This document shows, piece by piece, positions 30,183-40,004 of a stretch of 64,000 nucleotides of DNA. The position numbers and the translations under genes are program-made. The number at the start of each line of letters is the position of its first letter. Position 1 is the stretch's first letter. This stretch comes from Fibrobacteria bacterium (lineage in GTDB: Bacteria; Fibrobacterota; Fibrobacteria; UBA11236; JADFYW01). Location: the NCBI GenBank assembly GCA_050294405.1, contig JBNKOC010000012.1:64001-128000 (forward strand). Direction: 5' to 3'. The notes below the pieces were generated by a model. That model had not been told where the DNA came from. It worked only from the letters and a program-made list of their open reading frames with translations, and made no database searches.

Positions 30183-31198
30183 TTTCCAAACCCCCTGCTT
30201 CCCCCACCTCCAAAACTCATGGAGCGTGAACGGCCAAAACCTCCAAAACGGCTGCCGGACCTATTGCTGTTATTGGATACGGCAGATTTTTTCTTTCCGG
30301 CTCCAAAACCTCCCTGGCGCATGGCGTTTTGTTCTTTGCGGTAAGACATAGCCCTTTTAGACTTCATGCTTTGAATAGTTCTGGGGTTAGACTTGGGCTG
30401 GCTGCTGCTAATATTTTTTCCAGAAGGAGTTTTGGGCCCCCTGTTGGTGGCAGCGGCTTTTGAATATCTGCTGTTGGCCATATTTGCCGATCGCATGGAA
30501 GCTGGATAGGGACTATACCAACTGTTGTAAAACCCCCCAAAGAAGGGTCCGTATCCCCATCCGTATGGGCCAAATAAAATCATGCTAAAAAGTCTGTACT
30601 GAAAATATGTTTCTATCCAGCTGTGGCCCGAAGAGTTATAGCTTTGCTGGTAATGGGAGTTCGAATTTTCATAAACATTTTGATTGGGGCTGGAAGCAAT
30701 TAAAACTTCTTTTGCATTCGGATCAAATGTTACCGAAACTTCCACCAGTTCAAGGCTTTGTTTATTGGCGATGGCATCCCAGTCCGCGTTGCTACCTGGG
30801 TCTTGCGGGTAGCTCACCGGGTCAGGCACCCTCAGGGAGTAAACTGCGGCCTCTCCATCTACGCTTTCGGGAACCACCATTAAAGGGTCTATCACCCCAT
30901 CTTCATTTAAATCCACTCTGTAATTAATATCGGGGTCCTGCATAATTTTCTGGCTGAACTTTTGAACTACCTTTTGCTGGAATTCTTTTTTATCTGGAGT
31001 TCCATCCACCTGGATAGAAGCCAACACCTCTCTTAATACATCGGGAAGTATTTGAGGGTTGAGTTTGTCGCTCAAATCAATTTTTGCGCTGACTTCGGAC
31101 TTAGCCACACCCACAGCATAACTTTGTTTTTTTCCAAATTGCTTAAAGGCAAAGGATACAAGGAGCAAGCCTACAAAGGCACCAATAAATAATTTCAT
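30179..31198 (-). CDS. membrane-anchored hypothetical protein with Gly/Ser/Arg-rich tail
   Basis: N-terminal hydrophobic helix, DLNEDGVID Ca-binding-like motif, Tyr/Gly-rich segment and C-terminus GGGGSRGFGK. Confidence 0.75.
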   Translation of the reverse strand: MKLFIGAFVGLLLVSFAFKQFGKKQSYAVGVAKSEVSAKIDLSDKLNPQILPDVLREVLASIQVDGTPDKKEFQQKVVQKFSQKIMQDPDINYRVDLNEDGVIDPLMVVPESVDGEAAVYSLRVPDPVSYPQDPGSNADWDAIANKQSLELVEVSVTFDPNAKEVLIASSPNQNVYENSNSHYQQSYNSSGHSWIETYFQYRLFSMILFGPYGWGYGPFFGGFYNSWYSPYPASMRSANMANSRYSKAAATNRGPKTPSGKNISSSQPKSNPRTIQSMKSKRAMSYRKEQNAMRQGGFGAGKKKSAVSNNSNRSGSRFGGFGRSRSMSFGGGGSRGFGK

Positions 31199-31221
31199 TT
31201 AAATTTCTAACCCTCCCAATC

Positions 31222-32073
31222 CTAAAACAACATCCAGCAAAGGCCAATGGCTCCAGCGGTCATGGCCGCCTGCCCCAGTCCCCAATGGGGAGTGTAGGTA
31301 AAATATCCCGGCGGGTAAGGGTAGGCCACTAAATCTTCCGAATACTCTTCCACCACTTCTTTTTCATTAGTAAAGCCTCGACTCGGGGTATAGCCCTCTT
31401 GTTTATCAAAGTAGTCTTCGCTCCAACGGTTTTTGCTTTCTTCTGTTCCCTGCACAATAATATCGTCCATCACTTCTTCCCAGGAAACATCCTCATAACC
31501 CAATTCTTCAGGCCAGATGTTAGAATTAACGATGTTTTCAATTTCGTTCCAGAAAATGGATTCAAAAGCGATATCAAATTGCCACTCCCGACTGTCATCC
31601 AATCTGCCTTCGGAAAGTAGAGACAAAAATGTAATGGTGCAGGGGTTTAAAGCTGTTTTCTTTCCCTCTTTTTTAGCCAACTGGATTTTGCGAATGCAAA
31701 CAGCTACTCTCAAATCTTCCCAAATCAAATTTCCATTTTCATCTATGGCATCAAAATCGGCATCGGGCCCTGCGAATTCGCCATTGAGCAAATCCACCCC
31801 GGCGAATATATCGTAATTCACTTTGAAATCCCACCAGCGGGCTTTCCAGTTTTCCCAAATAAGCTCGCCTTTTCGGGTGGGGATATACACTTTTTTTTCA
31901 AGCTCCCACAAATCATTTTCACCATCCGCAATAATTTCTTTGAGAGCCCGGTTTGCTCCGGTCAAATCCTTGTCAATATCCGCCTTGCGCTCAATTAGCA
32001 TGTACAAAAGAGCGGCTTTGGCCAGTTCATTGCGCAAAGTCTCTTCTAATTTCAAATTTTTCGTGAGTTTCAT
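31222..32073 (-). CDS. hypothetical protein, first gene of the DUF350-speE operon
   Basis: Acidic Trp-rich ORF with a C-terminal hydrophobic tail; likely start MKLTKN. Confidence 0.7.
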   Translation of the reverse strand: MKLTKNLKLEETLRNELAKAALLYMLIERKADIDKDLTGANRALKEIIADGENDLWELEKKVYIPTRKGELIWENWKARWWDFKVNYDIFAGVDLLNGEFAGPDADFDAIDENGNLIWEDLRVAVCIRKIQLAKKEGKKTALNPCTITFLSLLSEGRLDDSREWQFDIAFESIFWNEIENIVNSNIWPEELGYEDVSWEEVMDDIIVQGTEESKNRWSEDYFDKQEGYTPSRGFTNEKEVVEEYSEDLVAYPYPPGYFTYTPHWGLGQAAMTAGAIGLCWMLF

Positions 32074-32176
32074 AGGAAATAAATATACAATCCTAGCCTG
32101 TGATGCCAATTGCCGGCTATCAAAATAAGCCTTTCTTTTGAAGGGCATCGCCTTTCATTTTATCTTTCCCCAGGAT

Positions 32177-33043
32177 ATGGACAATCAATTTATCAGCCAG
32201 CTCTCTAAAAGGGCCAAATCCCTGGGTCATGGCATTTGCATGGGGATGGACCCGGTTCTGGAAAAAATTCCTTTGGAGGGAAAACCCGAAGAAAAAATCC
32301 GAAAATTTTATGAAGAGAGTTTAAATGCCATGGTGAAAAAAAATGCCATGCCCGTGGCTGTTAAACCCAATATTGCTTTTTATGAAGCCATTTCCATAGA
32401 CTGCCTTTTTGTGCTCAAAGACTTAATTTCCCTTTATCAAAAAGAAGGGGTTTTGGTTGTGCTGGATGCTAAAAGGGGGGATATTGGCAAGACCTCAGCG
32501 GCTTATGCCAAAATGGCTTTTGATGTATATGCTGCCGACGCAGTTACATTAGCCCCATACATGGGCCTTGATTCCATAGAACCCTTCCAAAAAAACTATC
32601 CTGAAAAGGGAATGTATGTATTGGTGCGCACCTCTAACCCCAGCGCTGAGGATTTTCAAAATCAAAACATGGGGATAAAAAAACTATACCAAGTGGTAGC
32701 TCAAAAATTAATCCAGTGGAATAAGGGAAACTTAGGCGCAGTGGTTGGAGCAACGGCTCCTTCCGAATTAACGGAATTAGTCTCTATGTGGGTTTCCCAG
32801 GGGTTTGAAGTGCCATGCTTAATACCGGGAGTATCCATGCCAGGCGTATCCGGAGGCCAGGGCGCTTCTTTGGGGCAAACCCTAAAGGCCATTCAGGATG
32901 GAGGAGGCGATGCTTCCAGACATTTAATAAACCTGTCTTCTGGTCTTAATTATGCCTACGAAAAATATCCCGAATTATCTTTTGGAGAAGCTTCAGCCAC
33001 AGCTTTGCTTTCTCTGGCCGAGGAATTTAAAGGCTATTTGTAA
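32177..33043 (+). CDS. pyrF: orotidine-5'-phosphate decarboxylase
   Basis: CMGMDP, VKPNIAFYE, LDAKRGDIGKT, VRTSNP and GAVVGAT; likely start MDNQ. Confidence 0.95.
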   Translation: MDNQFISQLSKRAKSLGHGICMGMDPVLEKIPLEGKPEEKIRKFYEESLNAMVKKNAMPVAVKPNIAFYEAISIDCLFVLKDLISLYQKEGVLVVLDAKRGDIGKTSAAYAKMAFDVYAADAVTLAPYMGLDSIEPFQKNYPEKGMYVLVRTSNPSAEDFQNQNMGIKKLYQVVAQKLIQWNKGNLGAVVGATAPSELTELVSMWVSQGFEVPCLIPGVSMPGVSGGQGASLGQTLKAIQDGGGDASRHLINLSSGLNYAYEKYPELSFGEASATALLSLAEEFKGYL

Positions 33044-33052
33044 CCGGCGCTT

Positions 33053-33460
33053 TTAAAGATCAGCCAGGGGGTTATTGAATTTTTCCCGAACCACGCCCAA
33101 AATACCCGCCTGGGGAACAATAAGATATTTTTGTTTCTGGTACTCGATTTCGGTGCTATGGCCCTTTAAAAATATGGCGTAATCCCCTTCTTTTACCTGG
33201 AGAGGAATATATTGGGGCTCTGGAGAATTTCCCGGATTCCAGGGTTCTTCTTCACTTTGAACAGAGGGCAAAATGTATCCTGGACCCACTTTGATAATGG
33301 TGCCAGATTGCACTTTTTCTTTTTCTTTTAATCCTACAGGAAGATATAAGCCGGCATCGGTTTTATTATTTCCCATATCCGGGGCTATAAGCACCCTGTC
33401 GCCTATTATTAACAGTTCTCGTTCTGTTTCAATTGGAAATTTATCAAAAGCATCACTCAT
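33053..33460 (-). CDS. co-chaperonin GroES (Cpn10) family protein, no groEL adjacent
   Basis: IGDRVLI, TDAGLYLP, GTIIKVGPG and LQVKEGD. Confidence 0.85.
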   Translation of the reverse strand: MSDAFDKFPIETERELLIIGDRVLIAPDMGNNKTDAGLYLPVGLKEKEKVQSGTIIKVGPGYILPSVQSEEEPWNPGNSPEPQYIPLQVKEGDYAIFLKGHSTEIEYQKQKYLIVPQAGILGVVREKFNNPLADL

Positions 33461-33516
33461 AATGACATAAAAATAATACGCCTCTATTTTTTTCCCAAAT
33501 TTTGGGAATTTGAAAA

Positions 33517-35724
33517 TTACTGCCGGGACAGCTGCACAGCGCAAGCCTTGTAAGAAGGCTGTTTGCTGTGGGGATCAAAAATGGGGTAGGTGAGCAAATT
33601 AGTTTCCGCAAAATGCATGGGCATAAATACTTCGCCGGGCTTAACATTTGGGGTAATATTTACCAGAGCGTTTGCCTTTCCTCGCCGTGAAAACACCCAA
33701 ATTTTTTGTCCTTGCTCAAAGGCTCTTTCCTCAGCGTCGAAGGGGTGGATTTCCACATACAATTCTTTTGGAGCCAACTTGTTTAAAATTTTTGATTTTC
33801 CTGTACGAGTTAACGTGTGCCATTGGGCTGAGCTCCCTCTACCCGTAAGCAAGGTGAAAGGGTATTCTTTATTGGTGGGTTCGTACAAGTCTGCAATATA
33901 ATCAAAAATAAATTTAGCCTTGCCGCCTTCATGATAGTATTGGCCGTCTTCAAACAATCTCCGATGTGTTTGGGGAGGTCCCATTTCCGCCATTTCCTGG
34001 CTAAAAGGCCACTGTATTCCCCCATGGCGGTATAACATCTCGTAGTCTTTTATTCCTGTAATGTCCCAGGGTTTTCCCTTGGATATTTTTTTTAATATTT
34101 GAAACGTGGCCTCAGGGGTTTCCCATTCCCGAAACATTTCTCCTACACCCCACTCTTCGGCAATTAACTTAAAAATGTAAAAGTCACTCAAAGCCTGGCC
34201 CGGGGCTTTTCTTACCTTTTGATATAAGCCAAAGCGCCTTTCAGAGTTGATAACGGTACCCGATTTTTCTCCCCAGCCCGCAGCTGGCAATACTAAATCT
34301 GCATAACCACATGTTTCGGTGGAGTAATACATATCTTGAACTACGCAGAAATCCAGTTTTTTAATTAGGCTATCCAACTGACTTCGGTTGATCCAGGAGT
34401 GGGCGGGGTTGGTGGCAATTATCCATAGTCCCTTAATTTCTCCCCTCTCCACTGCCTCGAAAATTTCGTTATAGGCATAGCTGTTTTGCGTGGGAATTTT
34501 ATCAAGTGGGATGTTTAGAATTTTTGAGATTTCTTTTCGATCTTCTTCATGGGTAAAGTTTCGGCCTCCTAAAAGGCTGGTGGTGTTGCTTACTAGGCGG
34601 GAGCCCATGGCATTGGTTTGTCCTGTAATAGAATTGGCCCCGGTGCCTGGTTTCCCCATGTTCCCTGTCATTAGCGCCATGTTAATAATAGCCTGAGCTG
34701 TTCGAGTAGATTGGTGGCCCTGGTTTACTCCCATGGTCCACCAAAAAGAAACCCGTTTTCCTCTGCCTATTTTTTGCGCTACTTCATAAAGCATCGTTTT
34801 TGAAATACCCGTGTTTTCTTCCACGGTTTCAGGGGAAAAAGTCTTAACATGGTTTGCAAACTCCTCAAAATCTTCTGTGTTTGCGCTTATGTATTCATTA
34901 TCCAGGTAATCCAATTCGATTAAGACATTGCACAAGGCATATAGCAGGTATAAATCACTGCGGGGAGTTAAAGCCAAATGATAATCAGCCTGCATGGCTG
35001 TTTCAGTTTTTCTGGGATCCAAAACTATAATTGTGGGATTGTGAGGGTTTTTGCAAACCCGTTCCCACATTATTGGATGTGCTATGCATGGGTTGGCTCC
35101 TACGAATACTATAACATCGCTTTCTTCGTAATCCTCATAGGTGTACGGAGGAGCGTCAAACCCAAAAGATTGTTTGTAAGCCGAAACAGCTGTAGCCATA
35201 CATTGCCTGGTATTTCCATCACCATGTATCATGCCCATCCCAAATTTGGCTAAACTTCCCAGTAAAGCCATTTCTTCGTTGCATATCTGGCCTGTGCTTA
35301 AAAAAGCCAGAGAGGCTTTGCCATGTTTATCCTGTATCCCTTTAAATTTCTTCACGAACAGCTTTAATGCTTCCTCCCAGGGAATAGGAACAAGTTTTCC
35401 ATTTTCTTTTTTCATGGGGCTTGTGGCCCTATCTGGGGCTTCCAAAGGAGAAAGAGCTTCCCACCCTTTTGGACAGGCTTGCCCTAAATTAACCGGATAT
35501 TCAGTGGTGGCAGTTAGATTGATAGCCTCTTTGTTTTCGTTTAAATGTATTTCTAAACCACAGCCTGTTGAGCAAAATCCGCACACTGCTGTTGTTGCAG
35601 TAACGGGAGTCAGTTTTTGAGGTAACCTGCCAAGCCCAAAGGCATTCGGGTTCTGTATTAGTTCACGGGTTAATGGTCCATCCTTTTGGTGGATGAGCTG
35701 TTGGATGGCATTAAGAGGCGACAT
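33517..35724 (-). CDS. molybdopterin nitrate reductase catalytic subunit (NasA/NarB type)
   Basis: CGFCSTGCG...CPKG [4Fe-4S] motif, NTRQCMATA Mo-ligand Cys, [14 protein letters not shown] and SKQPSYK; no Tat signal. Confidence 0.9.
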   Translation of the reverse strand: MSPLNAIQQLIHQKDGPLTRELIQNPNAFGLGRLPQKLTPVTATTAVCGFCSTGCGLEIHLNENKEAINLTATTEYPVNLGQACPKGWEALSPLEAPDRATSPMKKENGKLVPIPWEEALKLFVKKFKGIQDKHGKASLAFLSTGQICNEEMALLGSLAKFGMGMIHGDGNTRQCMATAVSAYKQSFGFDAPPYTYEDYEESDVIVFVGANPCIAHPIMWERVCKNPHNPTIIVLDPRKTETAMQADYHLALTPRSDLYLLYALCNVLIELDYLDNEYISANTEDFEEFANHVKTFSPETVEENTGISKTMLYEVAQKIGRGKRVSFWWTMGVNQGHQSTRTAQAIINMALMTGNMGKPGTGANSITGQTNAMGSRLVSNTTSLLGGRNFTHEEDRKEISKILNIPLDKIPTQNSYAYNEIFEAVERGEIKGLWIIATNPAHSWINRSQLDSLIKKLDFCVVQDMYYSTETCGYADLVLPAAGWGEKSGTVINSERRFGLYQKVRKAPGQALSDFYIFKLIAEEWGVGEMFREWETPEATFQILKKISKGKPWDITGIKDYEMLYRHGGIQWPFSQEMAEMGPPQTHRRLFEDGQYYHEGGKAKFIFDYIADLYEPTNKEYPFTLLTGRGSSAQWHTLTRTGKSKILNKLAPKELYVEIHPFDAEERAFEQGQKIWVFSRRGKANALVNITPNVKPGEVFMPMHFAETNLLTYPIFDPHSKQPSYKACAVQLSRQ

Positions 35725-35742
35725 GATTAATCCTAAACGAAG

Positions 35743-37386
35743 TTAAAGCCCGGGCATTCTGGGCGGCACCGATGCGCTAAAGAATTGGGAGCGTTCTATT
35801 AACTCTCCGACCAAAAGACAGGTTAAAGCCACAATAGAAAGAGGCAAGGAAAGAGGTGGGTATAACATTGATATAACTGGCAAAATAATCCCCCCCAAAG
35901 CGCCTAAGCCAAATCGTGCCCAGGTTTTTGACCTTTGCAGTTGAAGCATGATTTTTGCAGTTAACGATACCAAGCTTTGAGAGTTATTGTTTTTTAGAGT
36001 GTTTATTTCCACGAATAACTTTAAGGAAGTAATAATTACAACTACAAAAGGAGCATTCCACTGAATGCTGTTTTGACTAAATGGGGAAGCCACCCAACTA
36101 AAAAGGGCCGTACCCATAAAAGAGCTCAGCATAAATTTCCCGATAGTTCTGGGATGGTTCCACCATTCTCGGGGAGTATCTTTATATATCATAGCCGAGC
36201 AAAATACGCCAATCAAACCAATAACAAGACTACTTATGGCAAGCGGAATGGAAAGCATTTGGGCCAGCTTTCCAAAACTTTTTAGAACAGGAAGGTATTC
36301 CTGCAAAAGAGGAATGGAAGATGCAGCTAACCAAGCGGACAAAGTTCCCATATACCCACCAAAAACCATGGCCTCGCGGCTAAGCCAGGATGTTCTCCAG
36401 CCCAAAACGACACGGAACATCATATGAGGCCGACCGAGATGGAGGGGGGCTACTGCCAGCCCGATAGCTCCAAACACAAACATGGCTGCAACCACAAAAA
36501 ATTGGGAAAAAGAATTTGTGTTTCCAGAGGCTAATCCCCACAATGCTCCGCCCACTGAAAACTGTGTAAATACCAGCATAACCACAAGTGGCCATTCAGA
36601 ATGTTGGGTTTGCAATTTAGGAGTCATTTCCTTGGGAACATTCCCTGGTAATTTGCTTTTGGATATATAGCTGGTGGTGGGTTTTGTATAATCGGCATCG
36701 GGGCTGTTTTTTAAACCAAAATGCTCTTTGGCATCAGCACTTACATCATTAACCTTAACTATTTTAATTTGGATGGCTTCGTTGGGGCAGCTTTGGACAC
36801 AGGCAGGCGCCTCTCCATCTTTTAGTCTGTCTGTGCACATATCGCATTTGCGAACGATGCCTTTTTCTTTATTGTATTTTGGCACCCCATAAGGGCATTT
36901 TAAAGTGCAGTATTGACATCCAAAACATTGATCATCCAGGTGTTTTACAATACCGGTAATAGGATCCTTTTCATAAGCTATAACCGGGCAGCCTTCCAAA
37001 CAGGCGGGCTCCAGACAATGGTGGCAAGCTGTGGTAATATGCTGCAAATAAGAGAAATCAAAGGCACCATTGCTCACTTCTGCTTTTTTGGCGTATTGTA
37101 CGGTGGATAATTGGCCGACTTCTCTCCAGATTTCCTCTTCGTCTAATCCATTTCTACTATGGCATCCCGTGACACAGGCTTTGCATCCTGAGCATTTATC
37201 TAAATCCACTTCAAAGGCGAATTGCTCACCCTCATTGGGAAGTCCAGATGGTATCAAGGACTTGTAAAATTTTTCCTGTCTGGGAAAACTCGCCTTTGCA
37301 TGTTCTTTGGCAAAGATTTCTACAGCAGACAGTTCTTGTTGCTTGTTGATGTACTCATCAATTAGAGATAGATTATTATTTGGCAT
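35743..37386 (-). CDS. DmsB-like 4Fe-4S ferredoxin fused to a DmsC/YnfH membrane anchor
   Basis: CSGCKAC, CHHCLEPAC, CFGCQYC and KCDMC, followed by about 8 TM helices with HLGRP and SWLSRE. Confidence 0.88.
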   Translation of the reverse strand: MPNNNLSLIDEYINKQQELSAVEIFAKEHAKASFPRQEKFYKSLIPSGLPNEGEQFAFEVDLDKCSGCKACVTGCHSRNGLDEEEIWREVGQLSTVQYAKKAEVSNGAFDFSYLQHITTACHHCLEPACLEGCPVIAYEKDPITGIVKHLDDQCFGCQYCTLKCPYGVPKYNKEKGIVRKCDMCTDRLKDGEAPACVQSCPNEAIQIKIVKVNDVSADAKEHFGLKNSPDADYTKPTTSYISKSKLPGNVPKEMTPKLQTQHSEWPLVVMLVFTQFSVGGALWGLASGNTNSFSQFFVVAAMFVFGAIGLAVAPLHLGRPHMMFRVVLGWRTSWLSREAMVFGGYMGTLSAWLAASSIPLLQEYLPVLKSFGKLAQMLSIPLAISSLVIGLIGVFCSAMIYKDTPREWWNHPRTIGKFMLSSFMGTALFSWVASPFSQNSIQWNAPFVVVIITSLKLFVEINTLKNNNSQSLVSLTAKIMLQLQRSKTWARFGLGALGGIILPVISMLYPPLSLPLSIVALTCLLVGELIERSQFFSASVPPRMPGL

Positions 37387-37427
37387 AAAAATAAGACGAG
37401 GTAGGTACCTCAGATAAAATTGGAAAC

Positions 37428-37443
37428 TGCAAATCTTATACCA
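37428..37443 (-). promoter_or_regulatory. sigma54 (-24/-12) promoter for the DmsBC-like/nitrate reductase operon
   Basis: Minus strand TGGTATAAGATTTGCA, GG-N10-GC. Confidence 0.75.
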
Positions 37444-37497
37444 GACAAAAGAAGCAAGTTAATCCCGTAATTTAATCAGTGAAAGAGCCTAAAATTT

Positions 37498-37546
37498 TAT
37501 CTGTCATGAATTGTAATAACTGCCAATGTTAAACAAGTGACAATTA
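37498..37546. promoter_or_regulatory. putative activator-binding site, copy 1
   Basis: TATCTGTCATGAATTGTAATA...TGACAATTA, repeated with identical spacing at 37842-37890. Confidence 0.7.
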
Positions 37547-37601
37547 TGGGCATATCAAAACTAATACCGTTGATTTTAAGCCAAATCCAAAATTTTCATA
37601 T

Positions 37602-37617
37602 TGGCCTATACTTTGCT
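37602..37617 (+). promoter_or_regulatory. sigma54 promoter (no protein gene directly downstream)
   Basis: TGGCCTATACTTTGCT, GG-N10-GC. Confidence 0.7.
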
Positions 37618-37627
37618 TTCACCTATG

Positions 37628-37795
37628 TGTAGGTTGTTACAAAGGGTGCCGGGAAACGCCAGCAATTAAAGTTTACAGAGCCGGTTCCCTATGTATCACC
37701 AAAAGTTTTATTGCCAAATGGCAAAAATGTTGGACCTATTCCAAAACCCCCCGAGCCTTCTGCGAGCTCTCCCCGAGTTTGCAGAAGGCTACCCT
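37628..37795 (+). ncRNA. candidate sigma54-dependent small RNA
   Basis: Lies between the 37602 promoter and the second activator site; ends in a 16-bp hairpin (37754-37790) with a UCCCC loop; only tiny ORFs inside. Confidence 0.45.
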
Positions 37796-37841
37796 CTCAG
37801 ATAAATTTTACTTGGAGTTTTTGGCTGTCAACAACAGTATG

Positions 37842-37890
37842 TATCTGTCATGAATTGTAATATTATGTAAGGTATGAGAAATGACAATTA
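37842..37890. promoter_or_regulatory. putative activator-binding site, copy 2
   Basis: Exact 21-bp repeat TATCTGTCATGAATTGTAATA plus TGACAATTA at +40. Confidence 0.7.
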
Positions 37891-37945
37891 AAGCTTCTTA
37901 GTTTCTAAAATTACAAGATTCAGAAGGAATGTAGTCTATTTGTAT

Positions 37946-37961
37946 TGGCCTACATTTTGCG
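37946..37961 (+). promoter_or_regulatory. sigma54 promoter for the nitrate transporter
   Basis: TGGCCTACATTTTGCG, GG-N10-GC, about 40 bp upstream of the ATG. Confidence 0.75.
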
Positions 37962-37999
37962 CTAGACTGTAAACTCGATTCAATTTATAAGGAGAAAGA

Positions 38000-39466
38000 A
38001 TGTCTCAAAGTTCTAAAGGCATATGGTCTTTTCAAGGAAAAAACAAAGTCTTGCATATGTCTTGGTTTGCGTTTTTTTTGAGTTTTTTTGTTTGGTTTAA
38101 TTTTGCCCCATTTGCTACAACTATTCAAAAAGCTCTAAACTTATCATCCGAACAAATTAAAACACTGTTAATTTGCAATATTGCTCTAACCATTCCCACT
38201 CGTATCATTATAGGAATGTTGGTGGACAGGTTTGGCCCCAGAAAAACATATACCACTTTGCTTGTGACAATGTCTTTTCCGTGCTTTCTTTTTGCCATGG
38301 CGCAAAGCTTTGAGCAAATGGTAATTCTTAGAATATTATTGAGCTGCATCGGTTCAGGATTTGTGATAGGTATCCGTATGATAGGCGAATGGTTTGGGCC
38401 CAAAGAGGTGGGAATGGCTGAAGGTATTTACGGAGGTTGGGGCAACTTTGGTTCGGCAGCAGCTGCGTTTACTTTGCCCTCTTTGGCTCTGTTGTTCTCT
38501 GATGCTAATGGCTGGCGGCTCGCCATTGGTTTTTCTGGAGCATTATGTTTAGGGTTTGCCCCCATTTATTATAGAGCAGTACGTGATACGCCCTCCGGTA
38601 AAACCTATTTTTCTCCCAAAAAAATATCGGCTTTGGAAGTAAGTTCTTATCCAGCCATGTATGCCTTAATAATAATGACTTTACCCATGGTACTTTGCTT
38701 GGGGATTTTAGTCTGGAAATTACAAACGCCCGGCGTCGCCTTTATTTCCTCTAATACTTCCTATGTATTATATGGATTACTCAGCGCATTATACATCTAC
38801 CAGGTGATGCAGATTTTAAAAGTAAATTTGCCTCATTTAAAATCAGATATCCACGAAGCAGATAAATATGAATTTCGTCAAGTGGGAGTTTTGAATATCG
38901 CCTATGCGGCTAGTTTTGGCTCGGAATTGGCTGTGGTTTCAATGTTACCTGCGTTTTTTGAGAAAACTTTTGGGCTTTCTGTGGCGGCTGCCGGAATTAT
39001 AGGTTCGTGTTTTGCTTTCATGAACTTGTTAGCGCGACCTATGGGAGGAGTGTTTTCAGATAGATTTGGCCGCAGGGGCACTTTGTTAGTTTTGTTTTCT
39101 TGCCTCTTTTTTACATATATTGGCATGGGTTTTTTAAATAGCAGTTGGCCCCTGGTTTTTGCCATCATGTTAACTATGCTGTGTTCCTTTTGCGTTCAGT
39201 CCGCCGAAGGAGCGGTGTTTTCCATTGTTCCCTTAATAAAAAGACGCATAACAGGCCAAATTGCAGGTATGGTCGGGGCTTACGGTAATGTGGGAGGAGT
39301 TTGCTTTCTCACAATTTATAGTTTAGCGAGCCCGCAGGTGTTTTTCTATTCTATTGCCGGATTTAGCCTCATTTCATTAGCCAGTAGCCTGGCGCTAAAA
39401 GATCCTAAAGGCAAGATAATGGAAGTGCAGCCCGATGGAACAATAGAAATGCTTGAAGTCGCCTAA
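38000..39466 (+). CDS. NarK/NRT2-family MFS nitrate/nitrite transporter
   Basis: FFVWFNFAP, GIYGGWGNFG, FGSELAVVS, ARPMGG and AGMVGAYGNVG nitrate-signature motifs. Confidence 0.92.
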   Translation: MSQSSKGIWSFQGKNKVLHMSWFAFFLSFFVWFNFAPFATTIQKALNLSSEQIKTLLICNIALTIPTRIIIGMLVDRFGPRKTYTTLLVTMSFPCFLFAMAQSFEQMVILRILLSCIGSGFVIGIRMIGEWFGPKEVGMAEGIYGGWGNFGSAAAAFTLPSLALLFSDANGWRLAIGFSGALCLGFAPIYYRAVRDTPSGKTYFSPKKISALEVSSYPAMYALIIMTLPMVLCLGILVWKLQTPGVAFISSNTSYVLYGLLSALYIYQVMQILKVNLPHLKSDIHEADKYEFRQVGVLNIAYAASFGSELAVVSMLPAFFEKTFGLSVAAAGIIGSCFAFMNLLARPMGGVFSDRFGRRGTLLVLFSCLFFTYIGMGFLNSSWPLVFAIMLTMLCSFCVQSAEGAVFSIVPLIKRRITGQIAGMVGAYGNVGGVCFLTIYSLASPQVFFYSIAGFSLISLASSLALKDPKGKIMEVQPDGTIEMLEVA

Positions 39467-39470
39467 CCAC

Positions 39471-39506
39471 CGGAGTAGAAAACGTTCTCTTGATGTTTCT
39501 ACTCCG
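39471..39506. terminator. stem-loop after the nitrate transporter
   Basis: CGGAGTAGAAA...TTTCTACTCCG inverted repeat immediately after the stop codon. Confidence 0.7.
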
Positions 39507-39656
39507 ATATTTCTATTTAAGTGGCCCTTATAGTCGAGCTCAATTTACATTCCACTTCGATTTGCTTTGCGATGGCACGGAAATTTGATAGATCCTCAAA
39601 TAAGTAAGTGGCAATCTTTATCGGGGACTTTGTTGCTGCCCCTTTTAAAAGTTTAA

Positions 39657-40004
39657 TTATTCCTGCAGTCCGATATAAACAAAGCCTTTTTCAACTCGCA
39701 CATTATAGATTTGAATTTTATAGTTTTCACCGCTTAAGCACTCCCCATTGGTTAGAGAAAATGTTTTTTTATGATGGGGACAGGCAACTTTTGGAATACC
39801 ATCTTTTGTGCCGGTTAAGCCTCTAGCTAATACATTATCTCTTTTGTGAGGACATAAATTTTGACAAGCATACCAGTGCTTGTAATTAGAAAAATTAAAT
39901 ATGGCGATTTGTTTGCCCTTTAATTTTGCACAGGCTCCTCCATTCATTGGGAAATCTGATACGGCAGAAACCTTATGCCAAGTAGTGCTTTGCTGAGCAA
40001 TCAT
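39657..40004 (-). CDS. nirD: nitrite reductase (NADH) small subunit
   Basis: QNLCPHK, VLARGL and VACPHHKKTF. Confidence 0.93.
   Translation of the reverse strand: MIAQQSTTWHKVSAVSDFPMNGGACAKLKGKQIAIFNFSNYKHWYACQNLCPHKRDNVLARGLTGTKDGIPKVACPHHKKTFSLTNGECLSGENYKIQIYNVRVEKGFVYIGLQE

Noticed and set aside
39573..39588. TGGCACGGAAATTTGA resembling a sigma54 promoter
   Set aside because: It has a good -24 element but no GC at the -12 position, and it points into the 3' end of convergent nirD.
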